A DNA stretch of 64,000 nucleotides from assembly GCF_009834535.1 (NCBI RefSeq), contig NC_045696.1, forward strand, positions 49,664,001 to 49,728,000, in the 5' to 3' direction. Made by a program: the position numbers and the translations under genes. The notes below the pieces were generated by a model that worked only from the letters and a program-made list of their open reading frames with translations, did not search any database and was not told where the DNA came from. Source of the DNA: Camelus ferus (Eukaryota). Of the stretch, positions 37,591 to 50,184 are shown one piece after another (position 1 is the first letter of the stretch; every line of letters starts with the position of its first letter).

Positions 37591-38711
37591 GACCTCTCCC
37601 ACAATCCTTCTCTCTCTCTTTCTTTCCAACCTATTCTGAGAAAAATGGCTCCCACAAAGAAATGTAGCCAAAAAAAAGTGGGGGGGGGGTGGTACTCTGT
37701 CATCAAGGAGGTGACTAGAAAATAGAACCCTGTATTCATAAACACTCCCACTGAGTCAACTTAAAGAAGCATAGACCCCAGGCACTCCAGGATATCTAGA
37801 ATTTGCTGTTAAAAAAACAAACAAAAAACCTCTTATGAACTCTCAATGTGATTAACTACACTAGCTCAAGAAAGCTATCTGGGCTAAAGAAAAAAGAAAT
37901 AAGAAATATCCAATAATGTATCTGAGTAAGTCATCCAGAAAGCATAATGAGGACAAAGATTCATCAAGCAAGCAAAGCATGACAGTTACCTACAGACCTG
38001 GTGTATTTTCAAAACCCTTCAGAGAGTCGACAGTCAGCTAGGACGAAATCTAATGATTTGACTATCATAAAAATAGAATTAGGCAAAAGTAGTTGTAAGT
38101 TTTACATATAAAGAAATTCAAACTACCACTCCTTGGAATTAGTAGTAATCTGACAGATTTCCAAGAATTCCCAACAGAACTTTGAGGCAGTCAGATTAGA
38201 TTTTTTTTTTAACTGACTTAGAATTCATGTCTAACTCAAAGGAGATAGTTGTATTCTCTGTGTGCTCACTTAAAATTTAATCTAAAAACAGGCTCCTTAA
38301 CTGAGATTTACTTGAAGAGCAAAACAGGTCTGAGAATATTCTGATCTAGGAGATATACTGTTAAATCGAACTTAAGAGAGATTGTCTTAGACCATTTGGA
38401 AACAAGACATTTTTTGCTTGTGAGCATCCTAACTAGAAAGAATTCAACAACGAGTGAATGGTTTAATATATTTCTATTTTTACAGTCTCTTTTAAAACCT
38501 TTATGGTAAAAATAAAAGAAGATAAAAGCATAATATAACTTCTAGGCTTCTTGTTACACACTCAAGCAATTACTCATTTTATATGTCTGGCAGGATGGCA
38601 TTTGGTTGCGATCATTCTCTGCCGTTTCCATCACCCCTGGTGCAGGGGGGGTCGAAGTAAGGATAAATTAGTCTGTGAGAGGCCACCCAGGTTGCACTTT
38701 TGCAGAGTGAA

Positions 38712-39080
38712 CAAGACTAAAGAGATGTGATCATTAAATGCAACACATGATCCCAGATTAGATCTGAGAAAGAATATTACCAGGACAACTGATTAAACTT
38801 AAATGGAGTTTGTGAATTCAGTGTTAGTAAGTGTCAATGATAATTTCTTGATTTTGATCCTTATGTTGTAGTTACCTGAGAATGTCCTTGTTTGATGAGT
38901 TACACCCTAAACTATTCAGGAATGATGGGCACCATGTTCAAAACTTATCCCCAAGTGATTCCAGAAAGAATTGTTTTTTGTGCTATTCTTGTAGCTTTTC
39001 TGAAGCTATTCTGAAATTATTTCTGAAAGTATCTCTGAAATTATTGTAAAATTAACATTATCTTTAACATTTTAAAAAGA
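38712..39080 (+). mobile_element. L1MC/ME-like 3' end
   Basis: gactaaagagatgtgatcattaaatgcaacacatgatcc...aatttcttgattttgat...gagaatgtccttgttt. Confidence 0.7.
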
Positions 39081-39099
39081 GTACATTAATTTTACTGTC

Positions 39100-39600
39100 T
39101 GTGTTAGTTTATTGTTGATTTTCTCTGATTCTCTAGGTAAACTACCAGATCGCCCCAAAATAGTTTTTACTTCTTTTCCAACTCATGGGCCTCTTATTGC
39201 TTTCTCTTTTTAAATTGTGCAGACTAATATGTCTAGAACAATGGCCGATAGTAACAGAGATAGTGAGCATTCCTGACTCTTTCCTAATCTTATTAGAATT
39301 GCCTCTAATATTACCCCCAATAAGCACAATTCTGGCTTTTTAGAGAATACGCATCAATTTCTATTTTCTTCAGTGATTTTTTCAGGAAATTTCTTTCAAA
39401 AAGCTTTTTTTTTTTCATCCACAGAATAATCATATGATTATTACTCTTACATCTACTAATGTCATGTTCATATTAATAGATTTCCTAACACCAAATCATC
39501 CTTACATTCCAGAAATGAATCCCGCTGGATCATGGTACATTTTCTTAATGTGATATTGTGTTCTGTTTTTAAATATTTAATCTAGTATTTTGCAGTGATG
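39100..39600 (-). mobile_element. L1 ORF2 (reverse-transcriptase region) remnant
   Basis: gatagtgagcattcctgactctttcctaatctta and catccttacattccagaaatgaatcccgctggatcatgg correspond to the L1 RT segments GTRQGCPLSP and HDQVGFIPGMQGW on the - strand; frameshifted. Confidence 0.7.
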
Positions 39601-39734
39601 TAGGATGACTGCTTGTGAATATATTTACGTGTTACAATCATGTTCCTTCACACTGTTTTTAGGAAAACAATGTCCATGAAACGGGGCTTGGTGATAGCAG
39701 AAAGGATGTGGGGGGCGGTGTCACAGAGAGACAG

Positions 39735-40175
39735 AGAGACCTGGCTTTAGAGTCACACAGACCTTTGCGAGGTTCCTGCCTCCCTCCCCTTCCTGACTGA
39801 ATAACCTTGGAGAAATTATTCCTGCTCTTCTACCTTGTATTTTCTCATCTGTCCGACAGGAGAACCTACCCCAGTGGGCTGTGTGAGGACTAAATGATGT
39901 CTGTAAAGACTCCAGCACGAACACACAGATGCAGAGAACAGGGTAGTGGTTAACAGGGGGCAAAGGCACAATGAGTGAAGGGGGTCAACTGTATGCTGAT
40001 CGATGGAAACTAAGCTTTCAGTGGTGAGCACACTGCGGTGTACACAGAAGTCTAAATATAATGTACTCATGGAAAGTGTATAATGCTTCCAACCAATGTT
40101 ACCTCAATTAAAAAAAAAAAGACCAGTACGATGTCTGGCACAATCTAACCCACATAAACACTGGGACATTTTACT
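39735..40175 (+). mobile_element. MIR SINE split by an L1 3' end inserted at ~39921-40120
   Basis: MIR core ttttctcatctg...gtgaggactaaatga, then L1 tail ggtcaactgtatgctgatcgatggaaactaa...accaatgttacctcaatt(A)n, then MIR resumes tgtctggcaca; imperfect TSD aaagactccagcacga / aaagaccagtacga. Confidence 0.75.
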
Positions 40176-40999
40176 ATAAAGGACTATTTTTCTTCTGCTG
40201 CTTCTTATATTATTTTTCACATGGCATTAAGAAATATGTAAACAGATGTCATAGTTGCCTCAGGAAACTCTTAGCGTTTCAGCTTAACTGGGTCCCAGCG
40301 TTCTGCTGTGATTACCGAGCACAGAGGAGATTAGGTAGACCAGTTCGGCGAGCCAGCTTTGTCTTTTGCCTCTTCTTTTAGTCCCCCACCCCAGACTAGA
40401 TGCTTGGATATAAACAGTAAGTTCTAGCCCCATGGGGATGGGATGAGGGACTGCGAAAAGAATGGAAAAGGAAGATAAAATTTCTTGAATGCCTGCTACA
40501 TGGTGAGGACTAATTTAGGTCTATCTGCAGTTAATAGGTGAGGAAAGCTGGCGGAGAGCAGCAAGATCTCAAAACCTGAGAGAACCAGCTCCAGAGGGGC
40601 GTGGGTGTGTGCTCTGTCTCCATTATCTACGAGATGAGATTGGCTTTTGTTCCTTTCTGCTCACCCATAACCTCTCCAAACAGAGGAGTAGGGAGAGAAG
40701 CATTATCTCTGGGTAGAGCTCTTGGCTACTTTATCTCTTAGTGTTCTGAAGCTTGGGAAGTCGCTCAGTACAGAGCAGTGGTCATGCTTCTAGGACTCCT
40801 GAGTGTGGAGGAGGTAAAGAGAGTGCTAATTTATTGATGCACTTATTTTGCGACTCTTTATTAGCATTGCAGAGATGAAAGGCTGCTACACTCAAAGAAT
40901 GGTAGACACAGACTTATGGGGATGCTGGCATAAAGACACTGGCATTTGTGCTGAACCTAGAAAGATGAAGTCAAATAGAAAGGCAAAATTTGTGAGAGA

Positions 41000-41260
41000 C
41001 AACAGAGTACGGGTATTAAGAAACAGGCTCCAGACTGACAAAGATGAGGGGCTACATTTTGTGTCTGTCTCTTTCTCACTGTTGACCCTGAACAAGTTCT
41101 TTACGTTTTCCGAGCTTTAATTGTGTTGTCTGTAAAATGAGGGAAGTATACCTAATATGTGTGGATTTGTGGTGAAGATGAAAGGAGATAATGCAGGTGA
41201 ATCACTTAGCACAGTGCCTGGCGTGTGAATCCTCAGAGATAATGACAGTTATTATTAATA
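41000..41260 (+). mobile_element. MIR SINE
   Basis: tgaccctgaacaagtt...tctgtaaaatgaggg...cacttagcacagtgcctggc. Confidence 0.8.
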
Positions 41261-41329
41261 TCTGGTCTTCAGCAGTGTTCTTCAGTTTTTGCCTCTGTCA
41301 GTAATCCTTTCCTCAGACCTCAAATTTCT

Positions 41330-42290
41330 GTTTTTTTAAAATGGCTTACTGAAGTAAAATTCCCATAGCATACAAGTCATCCATTTAAAGTGTAAAATTC
41401 ATTTTTTAAAAATATATTCACAGAGTTGCCCACAATCGACTTTTAGGACATTTTCATCAACTCCCAAAAGAAGCCCCATAACCATCAGTGGTCCCTCCCT
41501 GTCCCTCCTCCACCATGTCCCCCACAAACAGCTCCAGACAACCACCAAGCTACTCTGTCTCTACCGACTTGCCTATTCTGGACATTTCCTATAAATAGAA
41601 TCATATAATATGTGCTCCTTTGTGACTGGCTTCTCTCACTGAACATAACGTTTTCAAGGTTCATCTATGTCAGAGTGTATATCGGTTCTTCATTCCTTTT
41701 TATAGCCAAATAATATTCCATGGTATAGATATACCACATTTTATTTATCCATTGACCAGTTAAAGGACAGACATCTGAGTTATTTCCACTTTTTGGCTGT
41801 TATGAATAATGATGTTATGAACATTGTATTCAAGTTATATGTGAACATATGTTTTCCTTTCTTTGGGGTAAATAGCTGTATGTGGAATTGCTGAGTCTTA
41901 TCGCTGCTCTGTGTTTAACCTTTTGACGAACTGAGAGATTGTTTTCCAAAGTGGCATTTTACATGCCGATATGCTCCGTTATCTGTCTTTTTCATAGTCA
42001 TCCCAGTGGGTCTGAACTGGTGTCAGATTGTGGCATTTACGTGCTTTTCCTTAATGATTAATGATGTCAGCATCTTTTCGTGTGCTTATTGGCCATGTGT
42101 GTATTTTCTTTGGAAAAAAATTCTACTCAGATCTGTGACCATTTTGAATTTTAAGAGTTCTTTTATATTTTAGATACAAGTCCCTTATCAGATATATGAT
42201 TTGCAAATATTTTCTCCCATTCTGTGGATTGTCTTTTCTCTTTCTGGGTATTATTTGCAGCATGAAAGTTTTTCAAGTTTTGAAGTCTAT
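41330..42290 (-). mobile_element. L1MB-like 3' region
   Basis: ttgcctattctggacatttcctataaatagaatcatataatatgtg...taatattccatggtatagatataccacattttatttatcc...tttgcaaatattttctccc. Confidence 0.88.
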
Positions 42291-42489
42291 ATTTCAGCAT
42301 TTATCTCCTACAAAAATATTCAGAGTGGTAGACTTCCCATGGAGAGTTGGCCTTCTACTTCATTGGCAGAAGTGAGACCGTCAGTATGTAAAATGAGGAA
42401 TGCTTAAACTCTTCCTGCCACACAGCTCTTGATCTACGTGGGCGTCCATCCTCTTCTCCTTTCCTCCACCCGGCTTCTTAAGACGAGGA

Positions 42490-43035
42490 GGACGTCTTCT
42501 GGTCAAGGCCAGGCCTCAGCTGGGTTCTTGACCTCATCCTCTCTCTCTTCTCCCAGAAACTTGCTCCATCACTTAATCCCCTCTCTCCTAGATCTTTACT
42601 GTCTCCCTCTCTATCTTCCCTCAGCCTATAAACCAGCTTTGGCTCATGATCTCTACCCTGCACTTCACTTGAATGATCTGCAGATATCCTCCAACTCAAT
42701 ATGTTCAAAATCAAATTCCCCTCCTCACTCCAAATCTGCTCCACTTCCAGTATTTCCATTCTTATCTAATGGTGCCATCATCCACCACTTATCCAGATTC
42801 ATACCATACTCTCCCCTGCACCCACCTCCCAGTACCAGTAAATCATCCTGACCTGATGACCTTTACCTCCCATATATATCACAGCCTGAATCTTGCTATC
42901 TTAAACAAATGTGCTAGTTTAGTTTCTTAACATCTTTCCCTTGAAGTACTGTGTAGACCTCTAATTGGTCTTTCTGCCTCCAATTCTGCCACCATTAAAA
43001 TCCATCCTCCCTAATACACTAAGAACCATGTAAAC
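42490..43035 (+). mobile_element. L2 ORF2/3' fragment
   Basis: ctccaactcaatatgttcaaaatcaaattc...aatggtgccatcatccacc...cctctaattggtctttctgcctcc. Confidence 0.65.
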
Positions 43036-43124
43036 AAACTCTGATTTTTTTAGCATTTGACTAGGAGATGGGGGTTGTTATCTTATGAGGTAATGTACAT
43101 TACTGGTTATGTGATTTTGATAAC

Positions 43125-43260
43125 TCTCTTATTCTTCCTGAGCCTCAGGCTTCTCATCTGTAAAGTGGGAATGATAATACTTAGTCTAAGAGTCACTGTG
43201 AAAATCAAATGAGAAATATTTGGTAAAATAGGTACACAACAAATGGGAGCCCTAATATGA
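43125..43260 (+). mobile_element. MIR core
   Basis: tgagcctcaggcttctcatctgtaaagtgggaatgataatac. Confidence 0.75.
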
Positions 43261-43964
43261 TGGTGGGACCATACCATCCCCTGAGGCACCATGAAGTCTG
43301 CAGAGAAAACTGAACAGATGAGAGCTGTGGGAGGCCTGACTTAAAGTCAGGAGCTCCTTGGGGAGCTCTTAAAAACAAGGACACTGGTTTCTGTTCCTAT
43401 AATGTGAGATTTTATAAAATGAAAAGAGGTAACAAAGGCATAATGTCTAACAAGGTGACTAGTAAACAATTAACATGGGATGAAAATAGAAAACAAGCAA
43501 TAATAAACCTCAAGCAGAAACAACTATGCTGAAAAACTGATTCTTCTCTTGGTCTGAATATTGCCCATTGCTTGTTTGCCATCATCATTTTTTTAAAAAC
43601 CTTAATTATTCTAGCCAAAAGTATGCTTTTGGTGGTGGTGGTTGGTGGTGATGGTGTTTAAGTTTTGTCATTCTAAAGGATATTCAGCGGTGGGAATTCA
43701 ACAAATTCAATAGCAGTTAGTATTCTCTAGACGTCAGCTCTGTTGACCTTCAGTTTTCAGAGGTCACCTCAGCTTCCAGCTTCCCACTCATGGTACCTCT
43801 CTTTTCTTGCTGAGCACAGGCTGACATCAATCCAAGTTTCTCCTTTGAGACTCATCAGAAGACCCTGATGGAGGAGGATAATGCCCATAAAGAGGAGACT
43901 CAGGAGGATGGAGTCGGTGATAGACAACATGTTGGTGAGAACCCTCCTGGTGTGCACTTCATTC

Positions 43965-44330
43965 TCAGGGGTATTCAGTAAATATTTATGAGTACCTACT
44001 CTCTGCCGTGCATATTGGGAATGACTTGGCAGTTCCCAGCACAAACCCAGGAATCCAGCAAACACCAGGAAGATACCCCAAGGCTGTCAATCCTAGCCTG
44101 GAGCTTTGGTCACATGCTTATTTACCCCACTGAAGACATGCTGAGGTTTTGTTTGGACCAGATACTGAATGACAGGCAGGCCAAAGCAGCTGGTGTGGAG
44201 AGGTCTTTTCCAGTGACTTATCAGTCACACAAAAGTCAAAGCCCATATAAAAAGGAGTGGAATGGGATGCAGAGAGAAAGGTACAAAGTTTTAGGTGCTC
44301 TAGAAGAGCAGCTGACCCTGCTGTCTCCCT
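43965..44330 (-). mobile_element. L2 3' fragment
   Basis: attcagtaaatatttatgagtacctactctctgcc. Confidence 0.5.
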
Positions 44331-44667
44331 TCTCAGAAGGACGAGACACGAACCCAACTGCTTTTTATTCACAGGGCTCGTGGTACTGGATGGAATCTTT
44401 GTAATGTGGTCTCCAGAATTCCAAACAAAATAAATGGATTCATAAAATGTATATTCTCCTTATTAATTTTTATTATGTGTCAGATGATCTAGTTATCAGG
44501 GGGCAGGGGCGGTGCTCGGGGATTTGCTGGGGACCTGGTTCAGTCAACCTCATTTATATTAGCTGCACTGTGAAGTCCTCTTCTATTAAGGGATTTCAAG
44601 CTAGATTTAATTTTCCACTTACTTATTGTGCTAAGTTTTATGCACAGGAGTTAAAATAGAAAGCTCC

Positions 44668-45152
44668 TGTGTTAGTGAAGTTTCTCCAGAGAAGCAGAAC
44701 CAATAGGAGATGTAAATGTAAATATATACATAAAAGAGTGAGAAAAGGGGGGAGAGAGAGAGAGATTTTAAAGAATTGTCTCACATGGTGGGTGCTGGCA
44801 GGTCTGAAATCTGTAGAGCAGGCCCACAGGCTGGAAATTCAGGTAAGAGTTAATTCTGCAGGCTTGAATCCTGATTCCAGGGGAGAGCAGGCTGGAAACT
44901 GAGACAGTGTTTCCACGTTGCGGTCTTGAGGAGAATTCCTTCTTTGGGAAACCTCAATCTTCTGCTCTTAAAGTCTCAACTGTTGGATGATACCCGTCAC
45001 GTCATGAAGGGTAGTTTGTTTTACTCAAGGTCTACTGATTTGAATGTAAATCATATCTAAAAACATACCTTTACAGCAGCATCTAGCCTAGTGTTTGACT
45101 GAACAGCTGACCATCATAGCTTAGCCAAGTTGACACAAAATTAACCATCACA
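44668..45152 (-). mobile_element. ERVL solo LTR (MLT2-like), complete
   Basis: tgtgttagtgaagtttctccagagaagcagaaccaatagga ... tagccaagttgacacaaaattaaccatcaca; TG...CA termini; homologous to 20171-20951. Confidence 0.88.
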
Positions 45153-45159
45153 GGCTTCT

Positions 45160-45800
45160 TTCCTGAAGGAGTTTAAATTTTGAGCAGAGGTAGAAGATAA
45201 AACAGAAGAGTTGCAATGCAATAACATGAAGTACCTTAGCATCTAGGTACTTCCAAGATCAGGGAGGGAGTTGGGAAAAGCTTTCTGGGATGAATGACCC
45301 CTTGAACTGACTATTGCTGGTTATGTGGAAAGAAGTGAATGAATATGACATGGGAATAACTGCAGGTTGTTTATTGTGTTTGAAACTTCCCCTCCTTGCA
45401 GGGAGAAGGTGGAGGGAACCATAGGCTACTAGCTGGGGAAATAATCTGGAATAACCAGATGACTTACTTTTCATTCATTTATTTAATGCTAAACCAAAGA
45501 TTTTGGATTTATTTTATCCTAATGCCTTGGAAGAGTCACTGAAGAATTCTTAAGCATTGAAGTGATGAAATTAGATTTTCAGTTCTCAAGACCAATTTAT
45601 GTAATTATTCAACAAATATTTATGGTGTCTGTCATTTATGAAGTACTGTGGGAGGCATAGGGCGTACAGTGATGAACAGCATAAAAGGGTCCCTGATCTC
45701 ACAAAGCTTAGAATTATAGCAGTGGGGGAGTTGAGGGATTGAGAAATAAAAAAATAAACAAAATAAAATAATTACAAATTTTAATTAGTGCTATTGAGAA
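45160..45800 (-). mobile_element. L2 fragments
   Basis: ttttggatttattttatcctaatgccttggaagagtcactgaag; attcaacaaatatttatgg...gtccctgatctcacaaagctta. Confidence 0.6.
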
Positions 45801-46894
45801 CAGAGGCTTGATTTAGAAGCTTATAATTCCAATGTCTGCCTACTCCTGTCCCACCCGCCATCACATCCATGCCCTAAGTGCAGGCTTCAAATACTGAGTA
45901 ATCCCTCAGCAATTGCCCCATACCGCTCCCCTCCTTCCTTGTACTGAAGGTGGGGGCAGTTGTAATGGAAAACAAGGGATTGATATTTCCAATAGGATCA
46001 AAGCATTTAGCTATTTACGAGGTCATAGGGAATTTAACATGAATGCTAATAGCCCATGAGAGAGAAAATTTTCTTTTGAAGACTAATTACCAGTGAATTA
46101 TTCATTGGAAGTAACATTGCCCTCCACCCATATGGATCCTTAAAAATTGCCTGGAATTTTCCACCTAGTCACTTTGATTACCTTTGGGAGCCATATAGGA
46201 TGCAGGACAGAACTAGGCTGTGTGACAGGAAAGCAATAAACCACATCAGGGCTTGTCTCGATAACATTACCTATCAGTGCCCAACAGACTAGAGGAATGA
46301 AAAGCTATTAGGTGATTTCCCTCTACCAGCACTCAGTTGTTGGGGTCCTCAGACCTTGTCTGGGGTTTTGGGAGAGGAACCAAAGGGAGAGCCACAGAAA
46401 GGCCTACCAGCAGGCGTGGGATAGGAGGAAGGAAATGCACCCTTTAATCATATCCATATTTGCCTTCTGGACTAGCAAATTCATTTCAATACCTGTAACT
46501 TTCTTCACTACCTGTAACTTTCTTCTTGGGAATTGTTGGGTTGAAAAGCTTTTTATAAAGCTAACTTTTAATATTAACATTAAAGGTATAGTGTATCCAT
46601 CTACCCATGTTAAAGTTTTGGAGAGTCTATGACAGTCTGATAAATACAATACTTATCCCTTGGGAATCATCATTTTGAGATGAACAATAAGAGAAAGACC
46701 TTATGAACAGAGCTTCTTTTTGTTCCCATTTGAGAAACACAGTAAATGTCCTTTGCTTGTCTTCTTTAGACGTGTCTGTAACTCACAGAAACGCCTAGTT
46801 CTTGTGAATAGCCAGACATTCAAATGAGTCTAAAAGAACTGTCCTGGTCATAGCATCACTATCTGCACCTTAGAAACAAATGCTCAAACAACAG

Positions 46895-47120
46895 TTTAGA
46901 ACTTTTTGAGCACCGACGTTAAATCTCTAGTCAGAGCTGGGTGCTGTATGGTAATGTTTTATTAGCTCTCTTAACAACAACCCTGAGAAAAATTATCCCC
47001 ATAATGTGAAACATTAAAAAAGGTCAAGCAAGTAGCCTTAAGTCCCTGGTGACACAGCCGGTTCATTGGAATATTAAGTCACTGAATTTCCAGTTCAACA
47101 CTTGACCTAATAGCCAAAAC
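46895..47120 (-). mobile_element. MIR SINE
   Basis: ctcttaacaacaaccctgag...attatcccca...aggtcaagcaagtagcctta. Confidence 0.55.
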
Positions 47121-47519
47121 CTATCTGTTTCATACTTACTTCTGTGAAAATCAGGATCTGTAACTATGGGGTCATCCTGAGATGGAAAAACAGATGGCAG
47201 GCAGCAGTGGGCAGAGAGATTCAGTATCTCAACTGCGTCCTTAGTGAAAATTCAATTGAGCAGACTTGTCTTGGATTGATAGCTTTGTTTAACATGTTAG
47301 GAAACAGAATTGGACCCCTTTATTGGAATCTTTAAATTTTGTGGCTGGAGCTCATCTTTCTCTTTCATCCTAGCTGTATATAATCAGTTTCCACTTCCCA
47401 TAAAGCTGCTGGCTTTTCCTGTATTTCTCAGGCAAGGAGGAGCCAGTGCAAGTTTAGAGCAAGGAAATGACATAATTAAAATGGTATTAGACATGAAATC
47501 TAAAATTCGAGGCCCCATC

Positions 47520-47900
47520 TCTCCCTTCCTCATCTGGCCCCAGCTCCCTCGATCGTATCTCCGGAGCCTCCCTCCACGTACTGTGGGTTCAGGCAGGCCA
47601 CATTACTCACTGCTTCCCAACCTGCCCCTGGCTTTTTTCATGCTGTCTCCTCTGCTTCAAGGCCTTCCTTTCAATATGAAGGCCACACACGATGTCTTCC
47701 CTGGTGGACCCATCAGGCGGAGATACTCTCTCTCTGAACTCATTTCTATCATTCCCTTTATTTTTTAATTACATTATCATGTTACAGTTATGTGCTTGGC
47801 AGTAAATTCCTTATACATGGACACACAAATGTCTTATTTTTAATCTCCACTTCCCACCCATCTGGGCATACAGTGAAGTCTGTATATATCTGACACATCA
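47520..47900 (+). mobile_element. L2 3' fragment
   Basis: tcaatatgaaggccacacacgatgtcttccctgg...tctgggcatacagt. Confidence 0.4.
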
Positions 47901-49017
47901 ATTCAAACATCCCTGAGAACCATGGCTCCAAAATAAATACACAAATACATAAATAAACTAGTAATATATTATACTAAGGGTGAATTTGAATTCAAGGTAT
48001 GGGATAACGAAAGTCAGATGAAAGGAAAATTAAAGAGGAGCAGCAGAGAAGAGAAACTGAGTTCCCTGCAGTATCAAGGATTACCACGGATAGAGCACTG
48101 TTTTTTTCTCTGGTGAGCAGATAAGCCACAAAGAAAACTCTTTGTTTTAGGTCTGCCATGCAGGAAAAGTAGACCAATTCAGGTTCCTCGAGTGATTAGA
48201 AAAGTAAACCAGATAAACACAGCAGGGTAAGTTAATCTAAGGGGACGCACACACACACACACCCAGTATCCTTTTCCTGCTTGATTCCAATATAAACTCA
48301 CAGAAAAAAACATGGGGGCACAACAGAAAGAAACTCTTTGATGCAGAAATTAATCAGACGTTCCAAATGTATTGAAATTTTTCTCATAATTAGACAACCA
48401 ATCTCACAAAAGTTTGAACATAAAGCAGCATATGGGAATAAATTTCCACTTTAATTTTAGTTAATTTTCTAGTGTTAATTTGAAGAGCTAGTGTGTTACT
48501 TATACTTAATGTATATGAGAACATAGAGTAAAATCCAAGTATCCAATAAGGTTATTGGAATAAGAATACATTGAAGACATTAAAAAAAAGAGTAAGGAGC
48601 AAAATCTTTTTAGTACGATAAATCTAATAACATAATTTATAATAGTACAATCAAGTTGTACTACTATACATTAATTGCACTACTGTATATTTTAAATTGT
48701 AATTTATAATAGCACAATAATTTAATAAAAAAATTGACACTGTGTTTCCTTAAACCCAGGATGCAAAGGGAAACTTTGGTTTATACAGTTCTCCTTAACA
48801 ATGATTGCAAATCTAATGTGAAAATAAATGAAGGTATCTTTTCTAAGAAATGAAAGTACATTGATATTTTTGAGACAGAAATTTCATCTTAGTATTAAAT
48901 TCTAAAAGGAAGGAGTTTATGAAGTGGAACTCAACTTCTAGAAGGCAGTACAACTCAATGGTTGATGTCATTGACAACAGTTCCACAGAAGGGCAAGTGT
49001 GGTTGGAAACAGCTCTT

Positions 49018-49445
49018 TTGATGAAGACATTATACAAAGTGAAATAAGCCAGATGCAGAAAGAAAGGAAAAAAAAAAAAAAAACAAAAAAAACCCTGCAT
49101 GATCTCACTAACATGTGGAACTTAAAAAAAGTGGATTACATAGATGCTGACGCTGAGTGTGAAAAAGTGGTTTTCAGGGGCAGGGAGATAGGGGAAATGG
49201 GGAGATGCAGTTAAAGGATAAATAAATGTGACCGCAGGATGACTAATGTTAATACTGTGTTGAATACTGGAAATTTGATAAGAGATCAGATTTCAGGTGT
49301 TCTCATTATATACACAAAAAAGATCACTATGTGAGAAGATATGTTAATTAGCTTACCTGTGGCAATCATTTCACTATGTTTACGTTCATCAAATATTCAT
49401 GTTGTACACCTTAAATATATACCACTTGCACTGAAAAAGAAAAGA
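49018..49445 (+). mobile_element. L1MA-like 3' end
   Basis: gaagacattatacaaagtgaaataagccagatgcagaaag...catgatctcactaacatgtggaa...catgttgtacaccttaaatatatac. Confidence 0.85.
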
Positions 49446-49499
49446 ATTTTTTAAAAAAGAAACTACACTTTTGAGTAATCCTTGGGTGCTATCTATCTT

Positions 49500-49700
49500 C
49501 TGTGAAAAGAATGCCTACATTATCACATTAATTAATACAAATATGAGTTGGGTGTTATCAGTCCCATTTCTCAGAATAGAAATTTGTCAATGAAGGTAAA
49601 CAGCACACTCAAATTACTTGACTGGTAAAGGGGCTGAGTCAGTGTTTAAACCCAGGTCTCCATGACTCTAAAATCAATGATCTTTTTCATTGCACTCCAC
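49500..49700 (-). mobile_element. MIR SINE
   Basis: gtcccatttctcagaatag...tttaaacccaggtctccatgactctaaa. Confidence 0.65.
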
Positions 49701-49782
49701 AAATAAACATTTCTTGATTCTTTATCTAGGCATAATATTAAAGATAACTATAGTACAAACAGTTGTTTCACAAATTGGAGGG

Positions 49783-49960
49783 GGGTTGATTTGCATTTCT
49801 CTGATAATTCACAATATTGAGCATTTTTTCATGTGCCTATTGGCTATTTGCATGTCTTCATTAGAGAATTGCTTGTTTAGGTCCTCTGACCATTTTTGGA
49901 TTACGTTGTTGTTGTTTTGTTGTTGTTGCTGTTGTTGTTGCTGTTGTAAAGCTGTATGAG
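49783..49960 (-). mobile_element. L1 fragment ending in a (TTG)n tract
   Basis: ttgatttgcatttctctgataatt...ttgagcattttttcatgtgcctattggctatttg; (TTG/CTG)n at ~49906-49947. Confidence 0.8.
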
Positions 49961-49967
49961 TGAAAAA

Positions 49968-50153
49968 CATTCATTCTTGAGCACCAACTACAAGCCAGGC
50001 ATCTTTCTAGGAGTACTGGGGATAAATCACTGTAGAGAGCTGACAAAAGTCCCTGCCTGCATAGAACTTACATTATAGTGAGGAGAGTCTATCACATAAT
50101 AAACATAATAAAAATACATTTTTAATATGATAGGTGGTGATAATTCTGTCAAA

Positions 50154-50184
<31 letters not shown>

